This document shows, one piece after another, positions 1-9,644 of a stretch of DNA of 64,000 bases. Numbering within the stretch: position 1 is the stretch's first letter; every line of letters starts with the position of its first letter. Source of the DNA: Chloroflexia bacterium (GTDB lineage Bacteria; Chloroflexota; Chloroflexia; DTKN01). The DNA lies in contig JASFBA010000021.1 of the NCBI GenBank assembly GCA_036172265.1, forward strand, positions 4,158 through 68,157, given 5' to 3'. Made by a program: the position numbers and the translations under genes. The notes under the pieces were generated by a model. It did not search any database. It was not told the origin of the DNA and saw only the letters and a program-made list of their open reading frames with translations.

Positions 1-203
1 CTAAGGCGCTGGCCGATAAGCCGCACCAGGTACAGGTCTCCGAGATTGAGGGAGAGGCCGCGCTCGTTCTGGAACTGCGGGTCGCCCCCGAGGATATGGG
101 GCGTATTATCGGGAAGGACGGGCGGACCGCCAATGCGATTCGCACCCTCGTTCGTGTGCTCGCCGCCAAGCAAGGGAAGCGGGTCACCCTGGAAATCGTC
201 TGA
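1..203 (+). CDS. KH-domain RNA-binding protein (UPF0109/YlqC-like), 5'-partial
   Basis: Frame 3 translates to ...[55 protein letters not shown] with a KH GxxG-type core ([13 protein letters not shown]). It sits immediately upstream of rimM, as in rpsP-KH-rimM-trmD operons. It is absent from the ORF track because its start lies outside the window. Confidence 0.7.
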   Translation, partial: KALADKPHQVQVSEIEGEAALVLELRVAPEDMGRIIGKDGRTANAIRTLVRVLAAKQGKRVTLEIV

Positions 204-285
204 TCGCCAACGTCCCCATTCTACCAGGAGAGAGCCCGGAACCGCGCGGGGCTCAGGGCCGCCTCGGCCAACTGAGCCCCGCTTC

Positions 286-780
286 TTGATCGTCGGCCGC
301 ATCCTTCGCCCCCATGGCGTTCGGGGCGAGATGCGGATGGAAATCCTCACTGGCTACCCGGAGCGGCTTTGTCTCCATCGCGTCTTCTACCTGGGCCCGC
401 AGGCCCGGCCCTACCCGGTGGAGTCCGTCCGATTCCACCAGGGGGCCGCGCTGATCAAACTCGCCGGCTGCGACGACCGCAACGCCGCCGAGGCCCTGCG
501 CGGCCTGCTGGTCCAGATTCCCCTGGAAGACGCCATCCCTCTGGAAGAAGGGGAGTACTACTACTTCCAGGTCGTCGGCGTGGAGGTCTTCACCGACGGA
601 GGGGAATTCCTGGGCCGGGTGGTGGAGGTGATGGAGACGGGCGCTAACGACGTCTACGTGGTCCATGGGCCGCGCGGGGAGGTGCTCATCCCGGCGGTGG
701 AGGACGTGGTGCGCGAACTGGACCTGACCGCCCGCCGGATGGTCATCGTCCCCCTGCCGGGATTGCTGGAGGCAGAGTAG
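286..780 (+). CDS. rimM: 16S rRNA processing protein RimM
   Basis: LIVGRILRPHGVRGEMRMEIL...PLEEGEYYYFQVVGVEVFTDGGEFLGRVVEVMETGANDVYVV matches the RimM N-terminal and PRC-barrel motifs. The ORF-track start (46) overlaps the upstream KH gene. The first plausible start after the KH stop is TTG at 286, so the start is uncertain. Confidence 0.6.
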   Translation: MIVGRILRPHGVRGEMRMEILTGYPERLCLHRVFYLGPQARPYPVESVRFHQGAALIKLAGCDDRNAAEALRGLLVQIPLEDAIPLEEGEYYYFQVVGVEVFTDGGEFLGRVVEVMETGANDVYVVHGPRGEVLIPAVEDVVRELDLTARRMVIVPLPGLLEAE

Positions 781-802
781 CGCCTGCCCAGATCGGATTC
801 CA

Positions 803-1885
803 ATGGCCGGCCGGGAACGGTATTACGTCGGGTTTAATCGGGTGCGGGGCATCGGCCCGGCCCGCCTGCGCATGCTGATAGACGCTTTTGGAGATGTGGA
901 GCGAGCGTGGCATGCGCCGGCGGAGATGCTCGCTCGCGTCGGTCTGGACCGGCGGTCGCTGGAGAACCTGCTGGAGACCCGTGCCCAGGTGGACCTGGAC
1001 CGGGAGTTGCGGCGGGTGGCGGCGGTGGGCGCTCACATCCTCACCTGGGAGGACGAGGCGTACCCCCGATTACTGGCCGAGATTCCCGACCCACCACTCG
1101 TCCTCTACGTCCGGGGAGAACTGAGGCCGGAGGACGCCTGGGCGGTAGCGGTCGTGGGCACCCGCCGCGCCAGCACCTACGGGCGGGAGGTCACCCGGCG
1201 GCTGGTGACGGTCCTGGCCCAGAACGGGGTTACTATCGTCAGCGGGCTGGCGCGGGGGATAGACGCGGTGGCCCACCAGACGGCGCTGGAGGTCGGAGGA
1301 CGCACCATTGCCGTCCTGGGGTGCGGGATTGACCTGGTCTATCCGCCGGAGCACCGGGACCTGGCCCGCCGCATCGCCGCCCAAGGCGCGCTGGTCACCG
1401 AATACCCGCTGGGCACCCCGCCGGAGCCGGGGAATTTCCCCCCGCGCAACCGCATCATCAGCGGGCTGAGCCTGGGCGTCCTCATCACCGAAGCCGGACG
1501 GGATAGCGGGGCCCTCATCACCGCCGACTACGCCGCCGAGCAGGGCCGGGACGTCTTCGCCGTCCCCGGCTCCATTCTCTCCGCCGGATGCGCCGGCACC
1601 AACCGCCTCATCCAGGACGGCGCCAGGCCGGTTCTGGACGCGGCCGACATCCTGCAGGAACTGAATCTGACCATGGTTGCCGAGCAGAAGGAGGCCCGCC
1701 AGGCCCTGCCCACCACAGAGACGGAGGCGCTGATCCTGTCCCACCTGAGCGCGGAGCCTGTCCACGTGGATGACCTGACCCGCGCGGTCGGCCTGCCGGT
1801 GGCCCAGGTCACCAGCACCCTGGCGTTGATGGAACTGAAGGGGATGGTGCGGCAGGTGGGCGGGATGAAGTATGTGGCAGTATGA
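803..1885 (+). CDS. dprA: DNA processing protein DprA (Smf)
   Basis: 360 aa with the DprA Rossmann-like core (VVGTRRASTYGREVTRRLVTVLAQNGVTIVSGLARGIDAVAHQTALEVGGRTIAVLGCGIDLVYP) and a C-terminal winged-helix-like tail. Confidence 0.85.
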   Translation: MAGRERYYVGFNRVRGIGPARLRMLIDAFGDVERAWHAPAEMLARVGLDRRSLENLLETRAQVDLDRELRRVAAVGAHILTWEDEAYPRLLAEIPDPPLVLYVRGELRPEDAWAVAVVGTRRASTYGREVTRRLVTVLAQNGVTIVSGLARGIDAVAHQTALEVGGRTIAVLGCGIDLVYPPEHRDLARRIAAQGALVTEYPLGTPPEPGNFPPRNRIISGLSLGVLITEAGRDSGALITADYAAEQGRDVFAVPGSILSAGCAGTNRLIQDGARPVLDAADILQELNLTMVAEQKEARQALPTTETEALILSHLSAEPVHVDDLTRAVGLPVAQVTSTLALMELKGMVRQVGGMKYVAV

Positions 1886-2026
1886 CCACAGACCATAGAC
1901 CACAGACGATGGTAGTCCGTCGTCCGTCGTCGGTGGTCGGTCGTCCATCGTCGGAGGTCCGTCGTCGGTGGTCGGTCGTCCGTCGCCGGTGGTCCATCGG
2001 TCGTCCGTCGTCAGTGGTCCATCATC
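1884..2026. repeat. Imperfect heptamer tandem repeat: GACCACA x3, then about 15 copies of GTC[C/G]GT[C/G]-type heptamers
   Basis: Begins at the dprA stop codon. A related shorter copy occurs at 5667..5715 downstream of topA. It produces artefactual 'TTDDG...GLWSVV' ORFs on the minus strand. Confidence 0.7.
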
Positions 2027-2048
2027 AAAAAGAAAAGAAAGGAGGCCT

Positions 2049-3125
2049 ATGAGTTCCTGCTACGCGCTGATTATGGCCGGCGGTGGTGGCACGCGGCTGT
2101 GGCCGCTCAGCCGTCGCTCCCGCCCCAAGCAGGCCCTCACTCTGGTAGGGGAGCGAACGATGTTTGAGCACGCGGTGGACCGCATCGCGCCGCTCTTTCA
2201 GCCCGAGGAGATTTTTGTGGTGACCGGGGAGGAGCATCTGGAATCCCTCCTCCTCCAGGCACCGGAACTCCCCCGGGCCAACTTCCTGGTGGAGCCGGTC
2301 GGGCAGGGGACGGCCCCCGCCATCGGCCTGGGCGCCGTCCACCTGCGCCGCCGCGACCCCCAGGCTGTGATGGTCGTCCTCACCGCCGACCACTTCATCC
2401 GGGACGTGGAGAAGTTCCGCCGGGTGCTGACCGCTGCCGCCCAGGTCGCCGAAAAGGGCCACCTGGTCACCCTGGGCATTACTCCCTCCTTCCCCTCCAC
2501 CGGCTTCGGCTACATCCAGCAGGGGGAGCAACTCTACGAAGTGGACGGGTTCGCCGTCTTCCGCGCCCTGCGCTTCACCGAGAAGCCCAGCCCGGAGACG
2601 GCGTTCCGGATGGTGGAATCCGGCCTCTACACCTGGAACAGCGGGATGTTCATCTGGCGGGTGGACCGGATTATGGAGGAGTTCGCCCGTCAGATGCCGG
2701 ACCTGTATGACGTCCTGATGCAAATAGACGGCGTGCTGAGCACCCCCGCCTACGAGCCGACCCTCCGGCGGCTCTGGCCTGAACTGGTGCCCCAATCCAT
2801 TGACTACGGCGTCATGGAGGGCGCGCGGGATGTGATGGTGATCCCGGTAGACATCGGCTGGTCGGACGTGGGCAACTGGTCCAGCATGCGGGAGATTCTC
2901 CCCGCCGACGCTGACGGGAACGTGGTCGTCGGCGAGCATGTGGGCCTGGAGACCCGCAATACCATCGTCTTCGGCGGCCGCCGCCTCATCGCCACCATCG
3001 GCCTGGAGGATATGATCATCGTGGATACGGACGACGCCCTCCTCATCTGCCCGGTGGAGCGGGAGCAGGAGGTCCGGGAGGTGGTGCGGCGGCTGCGGGA
3101 ATTGGGCCGAAACGGAGTGCTATAG
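2049..3125 (+). CDS. Mannose-1-phosphate guanylyltransferase (GDP-mannose pyrophosphorylase, ManC/CpsB-like nucleotidyltransferase)
   Basis: MSSCYALIMAGGGGTRLWPLSR (G-x-G-T-R nucleotide-binding loop) and LTADHFI motifs. The AAGGAGG RBS lies 6 nt before the ATG at 2049. The ORF-track extension from 1968 runs over the heptamer repeat. Confidence 0.8.
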   Translation: MSSCYALIMAGGGGTRLWPLSRRSRPKQALTLVGERTMFEHAVDRIAPLFQPEEIFVVTGEEHLESLLLQAPELPRANFLVEPVGQGTAPAIGLGAVHLRRRDPQAVMVVLTADHFIRDVEKFRRVLTAAAQVAEKGHLVTLGITPSFPSTGFGYIQQGEQLYEVDGFAVFRALRFTEKPSPETAFRMVESGLYTWNSGMFIWRVDRIMEEFARQMPDLYDVLMQIDGVLSTPAYEPTLRRLWPELVPQSIDYGVMEGARDVMVIPVDIGWSDVGNWSSMREILPADADGNVVVGEHVGLETRNTIVFGGRRLIATIGLEDMIIVDTDDALLICPVEREQEVREVVRRLRELGRNGVL

Positions 3126-3276
3126 AGAGGAATTCCGCCGCTACGAGGTCTCGCCGGAGGCGCTGAACGATTTGCTGGCCCGCATCGCCAATAGATGAGC
3201 GGGGCGACGCGCACAAAGATCAAGGAAAATCCGTATTCATCTGCGTCTATCTGCGTCCTAAGGAGGCTTTTCGCGA

Positions 3277-5598
3277 ATGACCGAACACACCGAAACCGCC
3301 CTGGATGCCTACTGCGTTCGCTGTAAAGAGAAACGGCCGTTGAAAGACCCGGAGCCAGTCTTCACCGCCGTGGGACGTCCCGCCACGCGCGGCACCTGCC
3401 CGGTCTGCGGGACCACCCTTCTCCGCTTAGGTGCTACACCCGCCCACGAGGGCATGGACCCGCCCCCACCCCCTAAACCGGAGGGCCGGCTGGTCATCGT
3501 AGAATCCCCCGCCAAAGCCCGTACCGTCGGCCGGTTCCTGGGCAAGGGCTACACCGTCCGCGCTTCGGTCGGCCATGTTCGCGACCTCCTGCGCTCTTCT
3601 ATGTCGGTGGATGTGGAGAACGATTTCAAACCCACCTATCGGGTGCCCAGAGAGAAAAAGCAGGTGGTGAAGGAACTGGCGGAGGAGGTCAAGAAGGCCG
3701 CCGAGGTCTACCTGGCCACCGACCCGGACCGGGAGGGAGAGGCCATTGCCTGGCATCTGACGGAGACTATCGGCATCCGCCCTCAGCAACTGCGCCGGGT
3801 CGTCTTCCACGAGATCACCCAGCCGGCCATAGAGGAGGCATTCGCCCACCCGCGCGGGATTGATATGAACCTGGTCAACGCTCAGCAGGCCCGGCGTATC
3901 CTGGACCGGCTGGTCGGTTACAGCCTGAGCCCGCTATTGTGGCGCAAAGTCCGCAGCCGCCTCAGCGCCGGACGAGTCCAGTCCGTCGCCGTCCGCATGG
4001 CCGTGGAGCGGGAGCGGGAAATCCAGAACTTCGTCCCCGAGGAGTACTGGTCCATCCAGGCCGAACTGGCCAAACGGGACGCAAGTTCAACCGTGCGCCG
4101 CACCTTCCTGGCCAAACTCCACCGCATTCGCGGGGAGGAGGTCAACCTGAAGGACGAACCAGCCACCCGCGCGGTGGTGGAGGAACTGGAACGGGCTGTC
4201 TACGTTGTCGCTTCAGTCAAAGAGGGCCAGCGCCGCCGCCAACCCTCGCCGCCCTTCACCACCAGCACGATGCAACAGGAAGCGTCCCGGCGGCTGGGCT
4301 TCACCGCCACCCGTACGATGCGCATCGCCCAGCAACTCTACGAGGGGCTTGACCTGGACGGGAGCGGGCCGGTGGGCCTTATCACGTATATGCGCACCGA
4401 CTCCACCAACGTCGCCGAACAGGCCCAGGCGGAAGCGCGCCAGTACATCGCCCACCGGTACGGGGAGAACTTCCTTCCCCCTCAGCCCCCCGTCTACAAG
4501 ACGAAGACGAAGGGCGCGCAGGAGGCCCACGAGGCCATCCGGCCTACGTCCGTCTTCCGGGAGCCGGAGGCCATCCGGGAGCGACTGACCCGGGACCAGT
4601 ACCGGCTCTACCAGTTGATCTGGCAGCGGTTCGTCGCCAGCCAGATGCCGCCCGCGCTCTACGACACAATGACGGTGGAGATAGAGGCCGGAGAGGAAGT
4701 GCCTGACACCTCTCGGCGCCCCTATCTCTTCCGCGCCACCGGCTCCACGCTCCGTTTCCCTGGCTTCCTGATCGTCTACGAGGAAGCAAAAGACGAGGAC
4801 GTGCAGGAAGAGGAGCCCGTCCAGCAAATCCCGCCGCTGACGGTCGGAGAGGTGCTGGACCTGGTCCGGCTGATCCCCGAACAGCACTTCACTCAGCCGC
4901 CGCCCCGCTACACCGAGGCAACGCTGGTCCGGGCGCTGGAGGAGTACGGCATCGGCCGTCCCTCCACCTACGCGCCCATCCTGGCGACCATCCAGCAGCG
5001 CGGGTATGTCCGCCGGGAGGGGAAGCGACTGGTCCCCACGGAGACCGGCTTCCTGGTCAACGACCTGCTGGTGGAGCACTTCCCGGAGGTCATGGACTAC
5101 GGTTTCACCGCGCAGATGGAGGAGCAGTTGGACGAGATTGCCGCCGGTCGGCAGGAGTGGGTGCCGGTGGTGCGAGAATTTTACCGTCCCTTTGCCCTTC
5201 AGGTCGCCCGGGCCGACCAGCAGATAGAAAAAGTGGAACTGGAATCACCCCAGGTGGGCCGGAATTGCCCCGAGTGCGGCGCACCGCTCATCATCCGCTG
5301 GGGCCGGTACGGGAAATTCATCGGCTGCTCCCGCTTTCCGGACTGCCGCTACACTGAACCCTGGCAGGAGAAGGTGGGAGCGACCTGTCCCCAGTGTGGC
5401 GGCGACCTGGTGGAGAAGCGGACCCGCAAAGGGCGGACGGGCTACGGCTGTATCAACTACCCGACCTGCAACTTCTGGGTCTGGCAGCGACCGCTGCCTG
5501 TTCCCTGCCCGGCCTGCGGGGGCCTGATGACGGAGGCCCGCAAGGGCGTCGCCCGCTGCACCGCCTGCGGGGAGGAGATACCGCTGGCGGAAGAGTGA
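3277..5598 (+). CDS. topA: DNA topoisomerase I with N-terminal zinc ribbon and C-terminal zinc fingers
   Basis: 773 aa with a TOPRIM (LVIVESPAKARTVGRFLG) and the Topo IA core (YITYMRTDSTNV, active-site Tyr region). There are several C-terminal CxxC...CxxC zinc ribbons. AAGGAGG RBS. Confidence 0.9.
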   Translation: MTEHTETALDAYCVRCKEKRPLKDPEPVFTAVGRPATRGTCPVCGTTLLRLGATPAHEGMDPPPPPKPEGRLVIVESPAKARTVGRFLGKGYTVRASVGHVRDLLRSSMSVDVENDFKPTYRVPREKKQVVKELAEEVKKAAEVYLATDPDREGEAIAWHLTETIGIRPQQLRRVVFHEITQPAIEEAFAHPRGIDMNLVNAQQARRILDRLVGYSLSPLLWRKVRSRLSAGRVQSVAVRMAVEREREIQNFVPEEYWSIQAELAKRDASSTVRRTFLAKLHRIRGEEVNLKDEPATRAVVEELERAVYVVASVKEGQRRRQPSPPFTTSTMQQEASRRLGFTATRTMRIAQQLYEGLDLDGSGPVGLITYMRTDSTNVAEQAQAEARQYIAHRYGENFLPPQPPVYKTKTKGAQEAHEAIRPTSVFREPEAIRERLTRDQYRLYQLIWQRFVASQMPPALYDTMTVEIEAGEEVPDTSRRPYLFRATGSTLRFPGFLIVYEEAKDEDVQEEEPVQQIPPLTVGEVLDLVRLIPEQHFTQPPPRYTEATLVRALEEYGIGRPSTYAPILATIQQRGYVRREGKRLVPTETGFLVNDLLVEHFPEVMDYGFTAQMEEQLDEIAAGRQEWVPVVREFYRPFALQVARADQQIEKVELESPQVGRNCPECGAPLIIRWGRYGKFIGCSRFPDCRYTEPWQEKVGATCPQCGGDLVEKRTRKGRTGYGCINYPTCNFWVWQRPLPVPCPACGGLMTEARKGVARCTACGEEIPLAEE

Positions 5599-5636
5599 AG
5601 ACGCGCCAGACGCTTCCCGAAAGCGCCGGGTGCTGT

Positions 5637-5798
5637 AACTATTCAGCCCGATGGAGATCGTCCCCAGACCACAGACCATAGACCACAGACGCCGGTGGCC
5701 GGTGGTCCGTCGTCTGTCGTCCATCTTGAACGGACGGCCCAGGCCGTCCAGAGGCCGCAGGCCCAGAGAGGCTGACTTTCCGTCCGCGCTGAATAGTT
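5637..5798. repeat. About 160-bp element with 11-bp terminal inverted repeats (AACTATTCAGC / GCTGAATAGTT), enclosing heptamer repeats and an 8-bp GC hairpin
   Basis: TIRs at 5637..5647 and 5788..5798. The internal heptamers GACCACAGACCATAGACCACAGAC... (5667..5715) are shared with the 1884..2026 element. The hairpin GGACGGCC-cag-GGCCGTCC lies at 5722..5739. Confidence 0.5.
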
Positions 5799-5822
5799 CG
5801 GGTGCTTACAGAAAGGAGCCTT

Positions 5823-6104
5823 ATGTCTCAGAACCCCCCTGATAACGGATACACCGTCGTCGTTCGGGTCATCCGGCAGGAGGGCCACTGCGCCGCCGGC
5901 CATCGGGTCGGCGACGAGGTGGTCTTTGACGGGCTGACTGTCCAGGGCAAAATCTGCCTCAGCGCCCTCTACTCCTTCCTGCCCAAAGTCTTCGCTATGC
6001 GCTACGGGGCGACCTTCCCCTGGCTGGAAGACCCGGACGTCGCTACCCACGCCTGCCCTGACGCCTGGAATCCCGTCGTCTTTGAGATTCGGCGCATCCG
6101 GTGA
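5823..6104 (+). CDS. Small Cys/His-containing protein, TIGR04076-like family
   Basis: MSQNPPDNGYTVVVRVIRQEGHCAAGHRVGDEVVFDG...GKICLSALYSFLPKVFAMRYGATFPWLEDPDVATHACPDAWNPVVFEIRRI. AAAGGAG RBS before the ATG at 5823. The stop overlaps the start of the downstream SBP gene. Confidence 0.55.
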   Translation: MSQNPPDNGYTVVVRVIRQEGHCAAGHRVGDEVVFDGLTVQGKICLSALYSFLPKVFAMRYGATFPWLEDPDVATHACPDAWNPVVFEIRRIR

Positions 6105-7186
6105 AGCGGCTGGCCCTCTGGACCCTCTGCCTGCTTCTGCTGATGGTCGCCTGCCGGGCCCCTGGCGCGACCCGACCGACCGTCAAAATCGGGCTGGTGG
6201 CCCCCTTTGAGGGCCGCTACCGCTATGTGGGCTACGGCCTCTTCGCCGCGGTCCGGCTGGCCCTGCGGGAGGTCAACGCGGCCGGTGGGGTCGGAAGCCC
6301 CGCCTACTCTGTAGAACTGGTCGCCTACGACGACGGCGCCGACCCTGAGATGGCCCGTCAGCAGGCGGAGAAACTGGCCGTGGACCCCCAGGTCGTGGTC
6401 GTCATCGGCCATTTTCGGGAAGGGACCACGCGCGCCGCGCTCCCCGTCTACGCCCGCGAAGGAATCCCCCTGATCGCCCCGGTGGTGCTGGATCCGGTGC
6501 TGACCTCCGGGCCCGGGACGGTGATCCGCATTGGCCCGGACGCGGACGAACTGGCGGCCCGGATGCTGGAGGGGGTAACGGCGGCCGGACTGGTCACCGA
6601 CGGCGGCCCGCTGGGGGAGGCGCTGCGGCGCGCGGCGGCGGAGCGGGGATTCCCCCTCCGGCCCGTCGGCCCGCCCGCCGATGCGGTCCGCTGGCGCGAC
6701 CTCCCCCCCGTCCTCTTCTGCGACGCCCCGCCCGTGGATTGCGGCGAACTGCTGGTTGCTCTGCGCGCTCGCGGCTGGGCAGGGGGATTTATCGGCGGGC
6801 CGGACCTGGCCGCCGACGAGTTCAGGGCCGTCGCCGGAGACGCAGCTGCTGGTGTCCGCGCCGTCACCCCCTGGCCCCACCCCCGGAACCTGCCCGGCTG
6901 TGCCGACTTCGTCGCCGCCTGTACCGAAATCTCCCTGGGCATTCCCCCCACCGACCTGGCGCTGCCGGCATACGCGGCGGCCCGGCGCGCCCTCCGCGCG
7001 GTGGATTGGGCCATCGCGCGAGACGGGCGCCCCTCCCGCCCCGGCGTCGCCGCCGCGCTGACCACTCTGGCTGCCGAACCTCTGGTCTATCCCTGTGGCG
7101 GACCGACCACGGATCTCTGGGTAGAGAGAATATATGACCACCTTTCTGACTCACCTGGAATGCTCTCTCTGCGGCAAGACGGTTGA
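6101..7186 (+). CDS. ABC transporter substrate-binding lipoprotein (type I PBP, branched-chain amino-acid binding, LivJ-like)
   Basis: Signal peptide with a lipobox-like LLMVAC. KIGLVAPFEGRYRYVGYGLFAAVRLALREVNAAGG is typical of Peripla_BP_6. GTG start overlaps the previous stop. The 3' end overlaps thrC by about 50 nt, so the C-terminus is uncertain. Confidence 0.65.
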   Translation: MKRLALWTLCLLLLMVACRAPGATRPTVKIGLVAPFEGRYRYVGYGLFAAVRLALREVNAAGGVGSPAYSVELVAYDDGADPEMARQQAEKLAVDPQVVVVIGHFREGTTRAALPVYAREGIPLIAPVVLDPVLTSGPGTVIRIGPDADELAARMLEGVTAAGLVTDGGPLGEALRRAAAERGFPLRPVGPPADAVRWRDLPPVLFCDAPPVDCGELLVALRARGWAGGFIGGPDLAADEFRAVAGDAAAGVRAVTPWPHPRNLPGCADFVAACTEISLGIPPTDLALPAYAAARRALRAVDWAIARDGRPSRPGVAAALTTLAAEPLVYPCGGPTTDLWVERIYDHLSDSPGMLSLRQDG

Positions 7187-8306
7187 CGCCGACCGTCTCT
7201 GGCAAGCCTGCCCGGACTGCGGGCGACCGCTCCTGGCCCGTTACGACCTGGACGCGGCGCGGCGGTTGGGGCGGGATCGTCTGATCGGCCCGGAGCCCTC
7301 CCTCTGGCGCTACCGGGCCCTGCTACCGGTGCGGGATGAGGCCCATATCGTCACGCTGGGCGAAGGGTTCACCCCTCTGCTCCCCGCCCGACGGCTGGGC
7401 GCGGAACTGGGGATGCCCCACCTCTCCATCAAGGAGGAGAGCCTCAACCCGACCGCGTCTTTCAAGGCGCGCGGGCTGGCGGTGGCCGTCTCCCGGGCCC
7501 GGGAACTGGGGGTGCGGGAGATGGTCATCCCGTCAGCGGGGAACGCGGCGGGCGCGGCCGCCGCCTACGCCGCCCGCGCCGGCCTCCGCCTCCACGTCTT
7601 CATGCCCCGCGACGTTCCGGCCCCGTTCCGGGCCGAGTGTCGCGCCCTGGGCGCGGAGGTAACTCTGGTAGACGGCCTCATCACCGACTGTAGCCGGGAG
7701 GCCCGAAAGCAAGCGCAGGAGCACGGTTGGTTTGACCTCTCCACCCTGAAGGAGCCGTACCGGTTGGAGGGGAAAAAGACCATGGGGTACGAACTGGCCG
7801 AGCAGTTGGGCTGGAACCTGCCCGACGTCATCATCTACCCCACCGGCGGCGGAACCGGACTGGTGGGGATGTGGAAGGCGTTTGAGGAGATGGCCCAACT
7901 GGGCTGGATCGGAGAGCGTCGCCCGCGTATGGTGACGGTTCAGAGCGCGGGATGCGCGCCCATCGTGCGGGCATTCCACGCCGGAGAGGAGTTCGCCGCC
8001 CCATGGGAGGATGCCCAGACCGTCGCGGCCGGGCTGCGGGTCCCGGCGGCGATAGGGGATTTCCTCATCCTGCGGGTCCTGCGGGCCAGCGGCGGAACCG
8101 CCGTCGCCGTCCCCGACGAGGCGCTGTTGGAGGCCCAGAAGGGGATGGGCCGGACGGAGGGGGTCTTTGCCTGCCCCGAGGGCGGCGCGACGCTGGCCGC
8201 GCTGAAATTCCTGCTGGACGGGGGCTGGATAGACCCTACCGAACGGGTGGTCCTCTTCAACACCGGCAGCGGGCTGAAGTACCCCCTGCCCACCGGGGTC
8301 TGGTGA
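7134..8306 (+). CDS. thrC: Threonine synthase (PLP-dependent, with N-terminal Zn-ribbon)
   Basis: N-terminal CSLCGK...CPDCGRPL ribbon. PLP lysine motif SIKEESLNPTASFKARG. Glycine-rich loop YPTGGGTGLVGMW. Confidence 0.75.
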   Translation: MTTFLTHLECSLCGKTVDADRLWQACPDCGRPLLARYDLDAARRLGRDRLIGPEPSLWRYRALLPVRDEAHIVTLGEGFTPLLPARRLGAELGMPHLSIKEESLNPTASFKARGLAVAVSRARELGVREMVIPSAGNAAGAAAAYAARAGLRLHVFMPRDVPAPFRAECRALGAEVTLVDGLITDCSREARKQAQEHGWFDLSTLKEPYRLEGKKTMGYELAEQLGWNLPDVIIYPTGGGTGLVGMWKAFEEMAQLGWIGERRPRMVTVQSAGCAPIVRAFHAGEEFAAPWEDAQTVAAGLRVPAAIGDFLILRVLRASGGTAVAVPDEALLEAQKGMGRTEGVFACPEGGATLAALKFLLDGGWIDPTERVVLFNTGSGLKYPLPTGVW

Positions 8307-8330
8307 TCCTGCGGGATTCGGGGGCTTCCC

Positions 8331-9365
8331 CTAGGACGATGTGGGCGGAGGGGGCGCCCAGGATTCCCACCCCTTCGCGGAACCAGAGTTGCAGGGGTAG
8401 CCGCTCGCCCCGCCGCCACCAATCGTCGCACCATAAGCGCCGCTCGTCACGCTGTTGCCACTGTAGCCGCCGATGAGGTTCGGGCTGGTCGCATTCGGCT
8501 CCAGGCGCAGGGCGCGAGCGTTGTTCACCCGCAACTCCAACGCCTGGTTGTCGGTGGTGCCCAGGAAGTTGGTGCTGGGGTTGGTGCCGCTGTTGCCGGT
8601 CAGTTGCCAGTAGCGGTTGTCGGTGTAGGCGATGTCCAAATTTAGGAACACTTCGCCGCTTGGCCCGCCGCCGAGCAGGCCAGGGCCGACGAACACTCCG
8701 GTGATGTCGCCCTCCCAGGTCGGCTCGCAGACGACGCTTCCGTCGGCGTTCACCTGACGGATGGCATAGCCGGCCGCGCACGCCCCACTTACCCGCTGCT
8801 GCAGGTAGGCCGTGTCGGCGCTAAAGACCGTATTGGTGAGAATAAGACCCGCCCCGGCGCTGTAGGTGGTGTCGTTGTCCACGTTGTCGGCAAAGCCGGC
8901 CGGGACGTTCGTCAGCCCATCCCAGGGAGCGGCCTGAGCGTAGAGCACATACGGTGCGGCGGTCAACGCCTGGCGCGGGGAGAGGGCCGTGTAATCCGCG
9001 TCGCCCGCGCACTTGACCGCAATTTCCAGCCAGCGGGCCTCACCTTGAAAGGCACCTGCGCCAAAGTCCAGGTCAGGGATGGTGAAAAGTCCGCCGACCA
9101 CCTGGACACCGGTTTTCGTCTGGGTGGGACCGACCTGGTTTCCCCCGCTTTCGGCATCCCACAGGCGGAACCGGAAGTCGCAGCTGCCGCTATGGGGGCT
9201 GCCGTCCTTCTTCAGTTGGCCCTGGTAGGTGAAGGCGCTGCCCAGGGGGGACTGGAGTGTGGTCCCTGCCCGGCCGGGGGCCGGCCCCTGGGCCAGGGAA
9301 AGCCCCGCGGCCAGGGCCAGAAGTACCGCCACCAGAGCGCCCGGAAGAATCCATCGGCTTTTCAT
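8331..9365 (-). CDS. Secreted repeat protein (Sec signal peptide; beta-rich, tail-fibre-like G/N/S/T repeats), function unknown
   Basis: [38 protein letters not shown] signal. Repetitive NxxGxxS...GG motifs. The C-terminus (…[13 protein letters not shown]) looks abrupt, so truncation or frameshift is possible. Confidence 0.6.
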   Translation of the reverse strand: MKSRWILPGALVAVLLALAAGLSLAQGPAPGRAGTTLQSPLGSAFTYQGQLKKDGSPHSGSCDFRFRLWDAESGGNQVGPTQTKTGVQVVGGLFTIPDLDFGAGAFQGEARWLEIAVKCAGDADYTALSPRQALTAAPYVLYAQAAPWDGLTNVPAGFADNVDNDTTYSAGAGLILTNTVFSADTAYLQQRVSGACAAGYAIRQVNADGSVVCEPTWEGDITGVFVGPGLLGGGPSGEVFLNLDIAYTDNRYWQLTGNSGTNPSTNFLGTTDNQALELRVNNARALRLEPNATSPNLIGGYSGNSVTSGAYGATIGGGGASGYPCNSGSAKGWESWAPPPPTSS

Positions 9366-9644
9366 CATGCACCTCCTGACAATGGGATAGAGAGGAAACG
9401 GCTTCTGTTTCCCGAGAGTGTCTCCCATCTTGCACCTCCAGATGGATGGGCCCTTCTGCAGCATGGAGAGTTGGGGGATTTTTCCTAATTTTTAATCGGG
9501 ATGGTTCAGAAATCGGTTTACACTCTGGGTCTACAGCAGCCCTCTTTTCAGAAAAAGATGCCGAAAAAGAGGAAACCCAACTGCGCCGGGAAATGAACCA
9601 TCCCTTTTTATTTTAGCAAAAAAGAGAGAAACGGTCAAGCGAAT

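Noticed and set aside
46-780. N-terminal extension of rimM from ATG at 46
   Set aside because: It overlaps the upstream KH-domain gene in another frame. RimM homology begins at about aa 80 of that ORF.
1809-1997. Minus-strand ORFs 1809..1997 and 5245..5724 / 5643..6050 encoding TTDDG...GLWSVV
   Set aside because: They are products of the heptamer repeat elements, present at both loci only because the DNA repeat is.
1968-2048. N-terminal extension of the ManC-like gene (MVGRPSPVVHRSS...)
   Set aside because: It lies over the heptamer repeat. AAGGAGG is placed for the ATG at 2049, and homology starts at MSSCYALIMAGGGG.
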